A stretch of DNA of 64,000 nucleotides from Phallusia mammillata (taxonomy: Eukaryota), in assembly GCA_965637545.1 (NCBI GenBank), contig OZ281499.1, positions 3,472,001 to 3,536,000 on the forward strand. Reading direction: 5' to 3'. This document shows positions 50,601 through 61,870 of the stretch, in pieces. Every line of letters starts with the position of its first letter. Position 1 is the first letter of the stretch. A program made the position numbers and the translations under genes. The notes beneath the pieces were generated by a model. That model was not told where the DNA came from. It was given only the letters and a program-made list of their open reading frames with translations, and searched no databases.

Positions 50601-53600
50601 AAACAGGCCCCTAGCGTCGCGAGAACGTAGCAACAGGGGGAAGTCCCAGTAATGTGAACGGCTGGGAACGGTAGATCTTCCTTTGTGGGCGAGCACTGTT
50701 ATTTGTAGGAGTATGCGACCCGACTGTACAAACAATACTAGGGTCATCTGGCCTATCTGGGCCTGGCGTCGTTGATGGGGGCCTGCCGGTGGTCTGTTGT
50801 CATCACAAGGGAATAAATCGCGATATACCGTCGCAAGACACGATCAAAGCGCATCACTGGACATTATTCATAACAAAAATGTAAGATAGCTGGACGTTAG
50901 CTAACAGTGGAAAATTTTGGAACAAAAACCTATGGATTATTGGTACTATCTATTGGCCGTACGCAGGCACGGTGTCATAAAGGCACAAAGCGCTAATAAA
51001 ACCATGTTAATCTCTCAAGAAAAAAAACGGCCCTCGTCCTGGGCGCTGTAAGATTATATTTACATATTTCATCATGAACTTAAATTTCATCATGAACTTA
51101 AATTTCATCATGAACTTAAATTTCATCATGAACTCCTCGTCGTGGGCGCTGTTATATTTACATATTTCATCATGAACTTAAAGAAAGAAAAAAATGCTAA
51201 AACCCGATCCATGTACGTTTAAACAAAAAATACAAAGGCTTGTGCAGTAATGTGCAGGATTTTGTACGTCTCCTACTTTTTATTACTGGTCAATAAAATT
51301 TGGCAACAATTGCTTTGAACATAATTGTTATTGTGTAACGCCAAGTAACTGCTCCTTATGGTTAATAAGTTTGAATGGCAATAAATTCGCTTCACATACT
51401 CCGACAAAATAGCACAATACAGCACACTGAATCTATGTTGACATTCCATTGCCCGCCCCAACGCACATGTTTGAAAGTCCTTTACAATGCAATTCCTAAT
51501 TATATTCCTACAAAGAGCCCAAACAGCGCTTTAAAAACATGCACCATGACAGTGAAACGATGGCATTCTTTTGGACAGTCGACGATATTACCAATTCTGT
51601 ACCTAAACTCATAACGTTGTCAGGAATATTGCCTGTACGTAAGGCACGATCGAGAACGCCTGTCAATCAACAATTATTCACGTGACTCTTGCTCGGGCTG
51701 TTGTAGTGTGACTTTGTACGCTTGTGCAACACTGAGAACAAGCTTAGGTAAACCTAGGTATCACAGAGATTAGACGTTCACTTACTGAATTTGGGCTAAA
51801 AAAATTAACCAACTGTAAAAGTTTAACCTACCGCTGGGTTGTGTTTTTCTGGATTATTTGACCATAATTAACTAACTTCTGCAAACGTTTAACTAAAAAC
51901 ATTCTATTTGCTATTAGGGCATGTAACCATACATGCTTAAATTAAAAGTGCCAATCAGTTATTGTAACTGACTAACTGTGTACATAACTGGTTTCAAGAA
52001 GCACAAATAATTTGCTTTTATCAGGGAAATTTGAGCAGTTTGTCTTGTACATTGTACCCTGTCGATTTTTTTTGTGTTTATTTTTGTAACGAACCCTATT
52101 GAACCTACATTTATGTAAATGAAGCCAGTCGATGCTTTCAGTGGCGTGCGGTGTTCCTTAATGAAACGGTCGTGGGAAAAGGACCACGGCTACTAATGAA
52201 AACTTGCGTTTAGGCTGTTAGATGCACTTTTCTGCACACTTTAGACATAATGACTAAGGCTGCAAAGTTAGATGGGTCATTATAACAACATTCAAGTCCA
52301 TACTTAGGTGAAACTACTTGCTCCGTTTCGACAAACACCAAACTAAATCAAATACTTTACATCAGTGGTTCTCAAACTTTTTTTATTGTCGGGGCCAATG
52401 TTAGTTTTTAAGTGTGTAGGGAGCCGCAAAAAACGAAACCTTGAGAAAATCACTAAAGATTATGACTTTCAAAACTAAACTAGTAATGTTTGGTGGTTTT
52501 CTGAGGTCTGGTGCGAGTCGCAAAATAAGTGGTTAGGAGCCGCATGTGGCCCCGAAAACAGAGTTTGAGAACCACTGCTTTACATAGAAGTATTGGCTTG
52601 TATTTAGGCGTTAAGATTATTAAAACTGTAAACTGTGCGTTAAAAGTGAAATTCTTAAGTACATAAAATACATACAGTATCATCCCAGCAATGCACGCGA
52701 ATCTGACAGTCTTGGACTCTTTAAACGCCATAAATCACTTCTGCCAAACCGAAACTTGTTTAACTAACCTCTGAACAACACCCCACTTAACTAAGAACCC
52801 ACATCAGTATCTACATTGCCTTCCGCGGGCACAGAGTTATAGCAACATCTCTTCACTAAGTGGGACGCAAAAGTACACAGATCCTCTTTGGTTTGGCTTA
52901 TACAAGTACTGGCTTTTAAGTAGAAGCAACCTATTCTGTCGTATGTAAACAGCTAATGCAGGGGTGTTGTGTTGTTGTTGACGAGTTTGCAATGGACAGG
53001 AAAGCTAATTAGGTCAATTGTTGTGGTGGAAACCTCAAAATTGTTTGGGATTTTGATTGTTTAAAGATTAAAGTTGTCCCTGTGTCGTATGGTATTATAG
53101 TTAAGGTTTAATCCGTATTTGATTGTATGTTTATGCGATTAGAGTACGATAGGAAAGAATATTAAAGTTGAATCATTACTGATAAGACTACGATTTAAAC
53201 AATACAGTAATGATACAACGTATGTAAAAAAGTCGAATAATTTTTTTTTTAATTTTTTTCTTATCATTACGTGTGTACTATTAACAGGTAATGTGAATAA
53301 TTCAAAGTTGCTGACACAATTTTTTATTGTAAATTTTTCTATTGAAAGACGCTAATATCCTCCAATCTTTGCACACAAACTGTAAAAAAGTCAACCAAAT
53401 ACCGGTGTAATGTTGCCAACGTAAAAACTTGTACGCAACCCCTAATCCCACCACATAAACAAAACGTTCAATTCAAAAAATACTTCATGGTTCATTTTCA
53501 AATAACTTTCCTTTTCCTTAAACTGCCCAGATAGGCACACTAAAGTAATTTTTTTCTATTTTATGCAAAAATGTTCTTAATTTGATAGTAGATGACGCCG

Positions 53601-56600
53601 TTTGGTCATAAATCGTATAAACTCAACAAAGAAGACCACGACGCCTTAAAATCAAACAATATTCATCACAAAATTAAACATTTTTATACGAAGGCAAGTT
53701 TCCGTAAAATTTGGATCCCTCACTCTTGTAAGCACAATTTAACTAAAACGCAATAACTTTGCCGAAGGGAAATACATCTCATACCGACAAATGCAAATAG
53801 ATTCATCTTTCTGAGAAATGGCTTGTTTAATGGTATCTAAATACAGAAGTCGGACTTTTTGGACTTTTTATAATCTTTAAAAGTATCTCACAATCGTTTG
53901 ATGCTTCCGAATACATAATGCTCTCTGGTCACGACTTATCTAAACAGCGGACCACGTAAACAAGGCTGTGTGGAGGAAAAGGCCTAAGACCACTTCGGTA
54001 CGCCTTTTTTCGTGACACAGCAAGCCCTGTACATAAGGGCGTAACAGGCGCGCGTAAGTGTCCAATTCCCATTTCGGAAACAACTGCCAAACATTCAAGG
54101 CCATTTTTCGCTCAAACGGAACCTGACTTAATGTAACTGGGAAATTTTAATTCAATGTCACTCAACCAAGAGACAATTATAAGTCCAAAATTACGACCCC
54201 AAGTCACTGTAGACCCTTGTGTGGTTTAAATAGTGTTTTGTGATGGAGTAAAGAATTACGAAAAGCTGCAGGCATGGCAAGGTGCAAAGAATCAAGTTTC
54301 GCTACCGTGGTGTGCTCCTTTGGGGTTATCGGGAGTTGACGAGTGTCTCAACTGTATCATATCAGAATTCCAGACATAGAATCGAATACGAATCACAAAC
54401 ATTGCATATACTTGTTTTACGGGTGGCAATACATATTGTTATTCTTTCTGTTTAGAAAGAAAATATTGTATGAGTCATTGTGGCAATTTTGTCTAATACG
54501 GTATCTGAAATAAATGTGGCTATATCTAATATAGTTAGATGCAAACTTCAAACATATTTTATGTCACAACTACTAAATGGTGCACAGTGGTTACCCTAAA
54601 CCTAAAGGGACTGTTTAATATCCAAAGCATATGATAAAAGGGTAAAAAGTCGTACTTAAATGCTTAAAATGCAACAAATATGCAGGTCAAATTGCTAACT
54701 TTGACATCGTTTTGTGAAGATAAGTCTTAATTTCAGCAAGAAAGCCTAATTGAACCTGAGAACAATACAATATTTGTTGACAAAAGTACGTAAACTTACT
54801 CTCTGCGTATCCAGCAGATTTTCCGGAATGCTTGCCGACTTATGCATAGCCAATAGCTGGATGAGATGAAGGTAATAATCCGAAATCGTTTTTTATACCC
54901 AGTGCAACATTTTACATTTACAATGACTATTTAAAAGACTGTCATATAATAGCAATTTTATTGTAACAAATTAGGAGTAAAACAAATTAGCAAAAAACGT
55001 CAAAGTCTAAAATATTGCCGAATATATTCCTTAAATATGGCAGTTTTGATAGTCTTGAAAAGTAGGTCAACTAAGAACGATTTGTGCAATCAAACGGAAG
55101 TCGGTAATAAAACAGCACATTAAGCGGCAAAAAGAAAATAAATATATGGCCCAACATAACAAAATAGTGGGTGTATCGCGGCAAAAGGTATTTTTACAAG
55201 CCTGCAATCTTGACAGGTTAAGTGGGCACACGCCACTCGCTTTAAACTGATCGCTTTCCGTAGTTAATAGTCTTGCCAATGGCTTGAACGTCTGTCCAAC
55301 AACGTGGTAGTTCATGATACCCACACAACACACACGCAGGCTTTCACTGTGGGCCTGTAACACTATCTTTACTTTGATGTTTCTGAACTCTGCCGCTGTA
55401 CTAACTGATGCATTTGGAGTTTGGTTTTGTGGTTGATAAGCTTGTGTAGAGCTTCTGTTCTTACTTCAGAGTGTTTATCGTGGAACCGTGGTTGATTGCT
55501 AACGTTTACAATGATAAGGAATGTTGTACCATTTAGTTTAGATACGCATCGCGCTGTAAACTTCTTACGTACTAATACAGGTACCTTATGTCCCATTTAT
55601 ACACCATTGGCTAAAATATTAGAATGTGCCTTTACCACGTATTATTCATTTTATAAAGCTTAAGGTGCATTTCAATCAAATTTAACTTAAATTTGCGCAA
55701 GGAAAAAACGTATTTGACTATGCGTTGCAAATAGATTTTTTTCGGCAAAAAGTAAGAAGTACATATTAAATATTACCTAAGATGAACATAAATTCATAAC
55801 TGGGATCAGCCCTGAAGCGTCTATGCAGACCAGCGATCACGATAAATATTACCTATTAACATAATCATTATCAGGGCAGTGATAATATCAATTTGCTATA
55901 TAAAGCCACACAACCTCAAAAATGGTAAAAAAATGCTAAATTCCTTGTTTCCAATCACGCTTTCGCAATAAAACGGAAGTTATTTCCAAATATGTACATA
56001 GTACATACTATAAACAGCTGCATGCAAAAAACATCTAATTTCAAACAAGAATAGTTGGTCCTTTTCTTTTAACCAGTTCAACGTAACATGATTTGGTGCA
56101 AAGCAGCTGAATTGAAAAGTAATTTAAGCGTCACGATTTTACGTTTCGTGACGACATGACGAACACGTGCTACCACTGCAACTCTAGTTAATTAGTTGTA
56201 ACTAACGAGGTACATCAACTTATGTTATGTTACAAGCCAGTTTAAATCGATCTGCGAGGTGAAACAAATCCTTTACCAAATTTTCCCAAAAAAATTTAAA
56301 CCAACTAATATGTTTTTGCTCTTCTCTCTATGTATGGGGAGAACACACAGACTCCCTGAATACACTGAAAACCACCAGTTACTGTCAACAGCGCCATCAA
56401 AGCTCTGAACGCTCGACCTTTAACGAAGATAGAGTCTTTTAATCCATAGCAAAATTTTGATCTATACGCTTTACAGATACTTTTTTGGTATTTTTCAACG
56501 AAGCTGAACGGTTAACTTATTTATTTTCCTCGGTCAATTGGGTGAGAACACACCAGTTTGTTCACAGTTTTTTTTCTAAAACGTTAAGAATTTGCGAACA

Positions 56601-59600
56601 AGATCATATTGCGCGCAGCTATCGAAAAAACGTATTGTCGAATGCAAAAAAATATTTCCAGAATTCAAGTCAATAAGGAACAGACGTTAAATCAATTCCT
56701 TCATGACGAATACCATTCATACAAATCCCACCACATTCAACTTATACTTGGACTATATTAATATCGGTAAGGGGAAAAATGGCTTTAAACTTGACGATGA
56801 TTCATGCGGCCATTTGCAAAAATTTGCTCGACCTTTCAGCGGTCTCAATACCAACCTATAGTTAAGTGTGGGAGGAATGTACATCGCCCCCTTAGGCCTG
56901 AAACCAGGCAGAAAACGCGGTCAGTGTGGCACGAAATTACACAAAACGCGGAACGTAAATTGCTCGCGTGCGCTCCACTGTAAACAACCCAGATTTAAAT
57001 CACTACTTGCTGACAGCTGGAAAATTTCCGAACTGAAATGTACATCTAGGTCTTAGAACAATTGGAAACGATTTCGTCAACAACCGGTGTCCATTAGTGG
57101 AACCCTAACTTCACGGCTGTTGCATTCACTAAAGATCTGCTGCCACTAATGGTATGACATCTCAGGATGCAAAAAATGAATTTGTTGGACCAAACCATGT
57201 TGAAAGGTGAAGTAATGACATTTAGTTGTTTCAGCTGCATTAGTAAGGTTTCCTACTTCAACTAGACCTAAGATATTTTCAGACCTATATCAGCACGAGT
57301 TTTTAACTATCTGACACGACTTTGTGACAAAAAGACACAAATTTGATCATTTGACAACAATTTGGAACATAAGGTACCACATTAAAATTAGCTAAGTCAA
57401 AGAGAGCCCCTTTGAAGAAACACATTTTTACAGTATTGTTGTCAAAAAATTCAAAGACTTTAGGAAAAAATTCGGTGTATACAATGTAAACAAACTACAA
57501 GGTAAAATAAACATTGTGTTTAATTTACGCCCCATATTAAAAGCAAATCATATAAAGCCTGTTATTCTCAAGCACCTATCTAACACCTCATTACTAACTC
57601 AAGTAACTGTGCTAACACGAACGCACAAGAAACCTCGCCCTAAGGTCGTCACGTCAACTTATCAGACATACTTGCTTTGACGTCGAACCAAACACGACCG
57701 CAAAATTGTGTTCGCAAAGTTTTTCCTTTAGTGAAAGGGGAACTGCCACGAAAACCAGGTTGCTATGCTACGGATAAATGACAATCAATGGGTTTGCGCT
57801 CGCTGTGGTTAACCCACTTGTTTTATGGACTTGTTCCGTAAAGCCAAAGGCCCGACCTTCAAACTGGATCAAATGTTTTTGTTTCTGGTATTTTGGTCCG
57901 CGGTGGCCAACCCAGTATCACAGGTGCAATACCAACACCGTGTACATATAGCGGCGGAGATAAAAAATGACATAGTATGCAATCTTAGTACGGGGTTTGG
58001 TATCATATAGTTTGCCTGAAATTGTCATCCAATAAAGTTTAAATATCTGATGGTTCATTATTGCTTTACTTAACCACATGGGTGCACATCTTAAATAAAG
58101 CATTATTTGAAACCTAAAACATGCCGTATTTGACTTACTTAAAGACACGGCACAAGATATGCATTGTATGGAAATTTAAGTCCTACGAGAATTGGGTACG
58201 AAAGTATTTAAATCTATTAGAAAAGTCGGAAAACAAACTTTTCTTTGCTTGTCGGAAAAAAAAAATTTTCCCCATTTTTTTGTTTCAAATAAGTTTAATA
58301 TTATTAAATGCGAATTACTCTGTTTTACTGAAACGTGTAATACATCTCACGGCACTTTAAAAGCAAAAAAGAACCACCCACAAACTCCTAATCTACAGCA
58401 TTCGTGCACAAAGCAGAAAAGAATTGACAACTCTAACCAACATCAATTTAAAGTGGCCTAATTCTTCAACTAAAATATGACGGTGCCACTCATTATAAAA
58501 GCATTTGTCATTCAACCTTTAGACTGCCTTGAAAAGCTCATGCGACGTTCTATCTTTCACAACAAGCGCGGAGACACTTTTCAAGTACATCCCAACTACA
58601 AACACGACTGCCAAAACGTCATGCAACGTCAACTGACAAGACTGAAGACCTAAAAGTCAAATGGTGGGGAGTTAATATCGAGGCCAGGAACCTCGTGTTT
58701 ACGTTTGCCCGTCCGGGGGCATTTTTACGAGGCAAAGCGCGTGCCGACGAAGTGCAACCGACCATGGCCGACCTAGATGCCAAGGGGGCTTTGAAAATAG
58801 CGAGACCACCGTCTTGTTGAACGTTGATGGATGAACGTAGGTTTGGACGAGGGAGGCGACTATGCTAAGCATTAACTGTTGCAGAGTTATGTCCGATTTT
58901 AGGGGAAGTGCGAACCTCGCAAAAAAAAGATGTTTTTTATTTGAAGTATAGTCACTCCCATACCTTTGTATTATACACTAAATATAACATGTGAATTATG
59001 TCAAAATGTGAATTTTTACGAATGATGTTAAAGTTTTAATTAATCTATTTAACGCACAACGTCCACGCCTATTTATGTCCATCGCCATAGACAAAAACAA
59101 GCTTTAACGGAAAAAATGTTCATATATCTTCGATGGTAAAGCATTTTTTCAAACCAAAAGTCTGCGAACTTAAACAAGTCAATAAACGGTTTTCGTGAGA
59201 TTGCAACCATCTCACGACAACAACTCCATTACACGACAAACACAAAATTCATACGTTTGCGTGTTTTCATGGGACATCTAAAAGTATTTATGTCCACTGG
59301 TTTCAATATAAAAATAAGAAAAACTTTCTGGTTTTATCGGATTTAAAATTTGTACTCGACGGTTCACTAAGTTTGCGAACCGTTTGTTCTGTATAAAAGT
59401 ATTTTAGTTGTAAGAAATAGTTCGAACTGAAGTAAATCTTAATACCTGCAGGTACCTTATATTCACTATGCCTGTAAACCGTTAAGCTGAGGTCAAAATT
59501 CTACGAGACTTCAAAATGGATACGATGCTACCATGAAGCCTTCACACGTGGCTATCACAAAAAAAACAGAACCTCACCTTAAACTACTCATTTTTACACG

Positions 59601-61870
59601 AGACTAAAATCCCAGCAAGGCAGAGGATTTGAAACCGCTTACAGTGGGCTGAGCTGACAAGCCAAGTATACGAGCTCCTGAAAACTCAACGTAACACCGC
59701 ATAGAGGAAAGTTGCATGGTGGAAAAACCTTAAATCTCCCTTCAACCGCCGGATTACTGCAGGCGGTATGCCACGGAACGTTTCATTTCATCCCCGTGCA
59801 AATATTGAATCATGTGAAACCGTGATGAACGATAAAAATAGAAATTCTGCCTAGGATTAGCTGGTATATATTTTTAGGTAGGCGGATAAGCAAAAGTAAA
59901 ACAAACATATATTTTTTTGCAACAGCAGCTGTATTATCACGATTTTGACTTTAATTGGACTTCAAAATTTTGGAAATCCTAAACAAACGCCAATCTTCTA
60001 TTTTAGCCAAGATTTAACACAGCTGTTTTCAATTAGCATTAATCTGAAGTATTATGAAATCAAAACTGAAAACAAAACAACATGAGAAAATCGTTACTGC
60101 ACTGAACAGACAACAGGTTGTCGCACATCATAAACTGACTTTTGCAGTAAAACATTCTGAATAGCATTTTTTCCACGGGTTCATACCAGGATGCTCCCGA
60201 GTACAAAACCCTTTCTGGATGCTTTCAAAACGGCAGAAAAAAAAACAAATCAACGTTTCGTCCACCAGTTACGAATTTAACAAACAAATCATTCAACCGG
60301 TGTGGTAAAAGACAACATACTCGTTGTTTCAAAAGATATGAAACTTTGCTGACGTTTATCCCACCAAAAACGATAGGGATGGTTTAGAGCCATGAGGTAA
60401 ACATGTTGCGAAGACGGCAAAACATTTTTCTTACCTGTAATAGTGGAGAGAGGACGATCATCCCGTCAGCCGCAAGTGGGCGCTGGAGCAAATGTTTGTT
60501 TTTCGGTGACGAATTAATTCCGTGAGCTTTAAGTGGTTTCTGCGCAAAAGTAAGTTAGTCATGTTTTTGAACAGTAACAAAGTGTTAACTATAAAAAAAC
60601 ATTTAATATCAACCGGACATATTTGTGTGGGATACACCAGTGTAACCACTTTTAAAATATGTGAAAAATTTTTCAGAAAAAATCTTTGCGAAAATCACTA
60701 CTAATTGGTAGTTCTTCTTTGAGCACACAGACTATAGCTTACATCTCTACATATTTCGCTAATGTGGTATTTCCACGTATTTAAAGGTCGTGCAGTGCAA
60801 ATGTTCGTGTATATTTTTTAATATGTTTTTTGAAAGATGATTTTGCATTTTTACTAAGCTATTTTAAGCCGCCAATTTGCACCCAAGTTTTCAGCATTAC
60901 GGCATAAATGGGTTTTCCATTGAAAACTTTACGTTACAGCACGTATTATTACGAAGGGACCACCTTCGAAACGTGGCAAAAAAAGAAAGCGTTCGCCAGT
61001 ACGATTAGCTTAAGTCCCACATCCACAAATATTGATACATAAAACTGCAACAAGAGGCTAATAAACATCCGCAAGGCGTGAAACCACACACGTCATATTG
61101 CTTTAATTTGATCCACCTGCTGCGCCTACCAACAAAGCGGTAGAGCAAATGTTTACTATAACAACTGGCTAGTTCCGTTCTGCGCTCCAGTCAACCAATG
61201 CTTGTAGAGTGGGTTGTTTGTATCCAATACACAACAATGCAATGCGTTAAGTAGGAGACGCCTGCTATGGCTCTTATTGTGTATCCGGTATTGGATACAT
61301 AGGGGATGAACTGTCTGCTGTAAACTGCATCTATTATAATGAGGGGTTGCAGTTCAATTCTGCGCACTACGTAGTTTCTGATCACCCGCTTAACTACTTT
61401 GAAGCCATATGTTGTCCTATTTACTAATCTGCACTTTTCATGCTTAGGGGTGACATTTAACCTTTAACCCGCAGTTTATAATCTGATTCAGTGTCAAAAC
61501 GAATTTGAAACGTCAAAGATTTTACCACGTAACTTAAAGTTAACTTAGATCTGTAGTAAATTAAAACTTTTTCTGACATTTTAGGATAGTTTTACCGATT
61601 TTGTAGAAGCCGCAAGAAGTATTCTCAATATTGACCCTTTTTTACAAACCAAAACTATAGAAATCTCGTTAAAAAAGACCATCCCACCTGTCCATATGTT
61701 GGGGATTCCCCATTGCTGATGCCATCAATGCTTAACCGGTCAAGGCTGGGAAAGTCCCTGGACAGCGAATGACCTTCAAATAAGCGAAGGTCGTCGTTGG
61801 GAAAGCGTGCCTGGACTGTCATCAGTTTCAGGTCGTTTTCGCCAATGCAATCTTTACTAACTGTCTCCAT
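26936..61870 (-). CDS. ARHGAP20: Rho GTPase-activating protein 20-like (PH-RA-RhoGAP, long disordered C-terminus); 18 coding exons, ~1460 aa
   Basis: Phase-consistent exons (5' to 3'): 61870-61688, 60539-60435, 44551-44439, 43695-43504, 40294-40139, 38356-38315, 34690-34606, 34211-34134, 34064-33998, 32954-32769, 32626-32328, 31860-31755, 31415-31250, 31067-30878, 30319-30199, 29667-29486, 29233-28774, 28587-26936 (sum 4383 nt). Motifs recalled from ARHGAP20: KKMAQRRQSAPS, TQERYFFLFTD, SFVIGWPTVNYVATF, YQMWVTTGK..AYPLMGHE.P..IKM. The first two exons are less certain. Confidence 0.88.
27032..27067 (-). repeat. Coding (AAC/AAT)n microsatellite, NNNTNNNNNNNN
   Basis: Direct reading of the last RhoGAP exon. 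Confidence 0.9.
28502..28543 (-). repeat. Coding (AAC/AAT)n microsatellite, NNNNNNNNNSNNNN
   Basis: Direct reading at the start of the last RhoGAP exon. Confidence 0.9.
30199..32626 (-). CDS. ARHGAP20: RhoGAP catalytic domain exons (32626-32328, 31860-31755, 31415-31250, 31067-30878, 30319-30199)
   Basis: KLFSRPLSQLCEDGALPRPVM|TLLEIVYRKGPNTNGVFRKSAN (arginine finger present)...VVAALLKDFLRNIP...NGMTSFNLAVCIAPSVLW...VQELLRFMIDNCRSIFGEE. Confidence 0.95.
32769..34690 (-). CDS. ARHGAP20: Ras-association (RA) domain exons (34690-34606, 34211-34134, 34064-33998, 32954-32769)
   Basis: SKVFSAHSRQTTKDTVEQALQAYSCE|ESADCYQMWVTTGKDTTAYPLM|GHERPHAIKMSCIR...ECQFYL, matching the recalled ARHGAP20 RA region. 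Confidence 0.85.
33128..33411. mobile_element. Fold-back MITE (~284 bp) with ~100-bp imperfect TIRs beginning CACTCT
   Basis: Core GGTGTCTTAGGACATTCGTGCGTGCAAAAGG pairs with CCTTTTGTACGCACGAATGTCCTAAGACACC (30/31); termini CACTCTGAAAAGA / TCTTTTTTAGAGTG; no clear TSD. Confidence 0.75.
38315..43695 (-). CDS. ARHGAP20: PH domain exons of ARHGAP20-like gene (43695-43504, 40294-40139, 38356-38315)
   Basis: RQYVREGRVQLSSGMQTQERYFFLFTDMLIVSKSK|STSNYKLKNRVRLDEVWM...CSFVIGWPTVNYVATF|SSPEIMELWWSDLTR. Confidence 0.88.
51031..51181. repeat. Nested local duplication containing an 18-bp tandem repeat (ATTTCATCATGAACTTAA) x ~4
   Basis: Units at 51066, 51084, 51102, 51120; the flanking CCTCGTC(C/G)TGGGCGCTG...TTATATTTACAT plus one unit is duplicated at ~51135-51181. 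Confidence 0.9.
52363..52577. mobile_element. hAT (Charlie-type) MITE, 215 bp
   Basis: Perfect 16-bp TIRs CAGTGGTTCTCAAACT / AGTTTGAGAACCACTG and a perfect 8-bp TSD CTTTACAT on both sides. Confidence 0.93.
54800..54856 (-). CDS. Candidate alternative first or cassette exon of ARHGAP20-like gene (LLA-MHKSASIPENLLDTQR)
   Basis: catccag|CTATTGGCT-ATG...CAGAGA|gtaagt; 57 nt, phase 0-0, in frame with exon 44551. Confidence 0.5.

Noticed and set aside
55585-55596. ATG GGA CAT AAG|gtacct as another RhoGAP first exon
   Set aside because: Only four codons with a weak donor; readily occurs by chance.
44552-60434. Numerous 60-100 aa ORFs in the large RhoGAP intron
   Set aside because: No recognisable domains, alternative start codons, and no splice-consistent chains; treated as non-coding or regulatory sequence.
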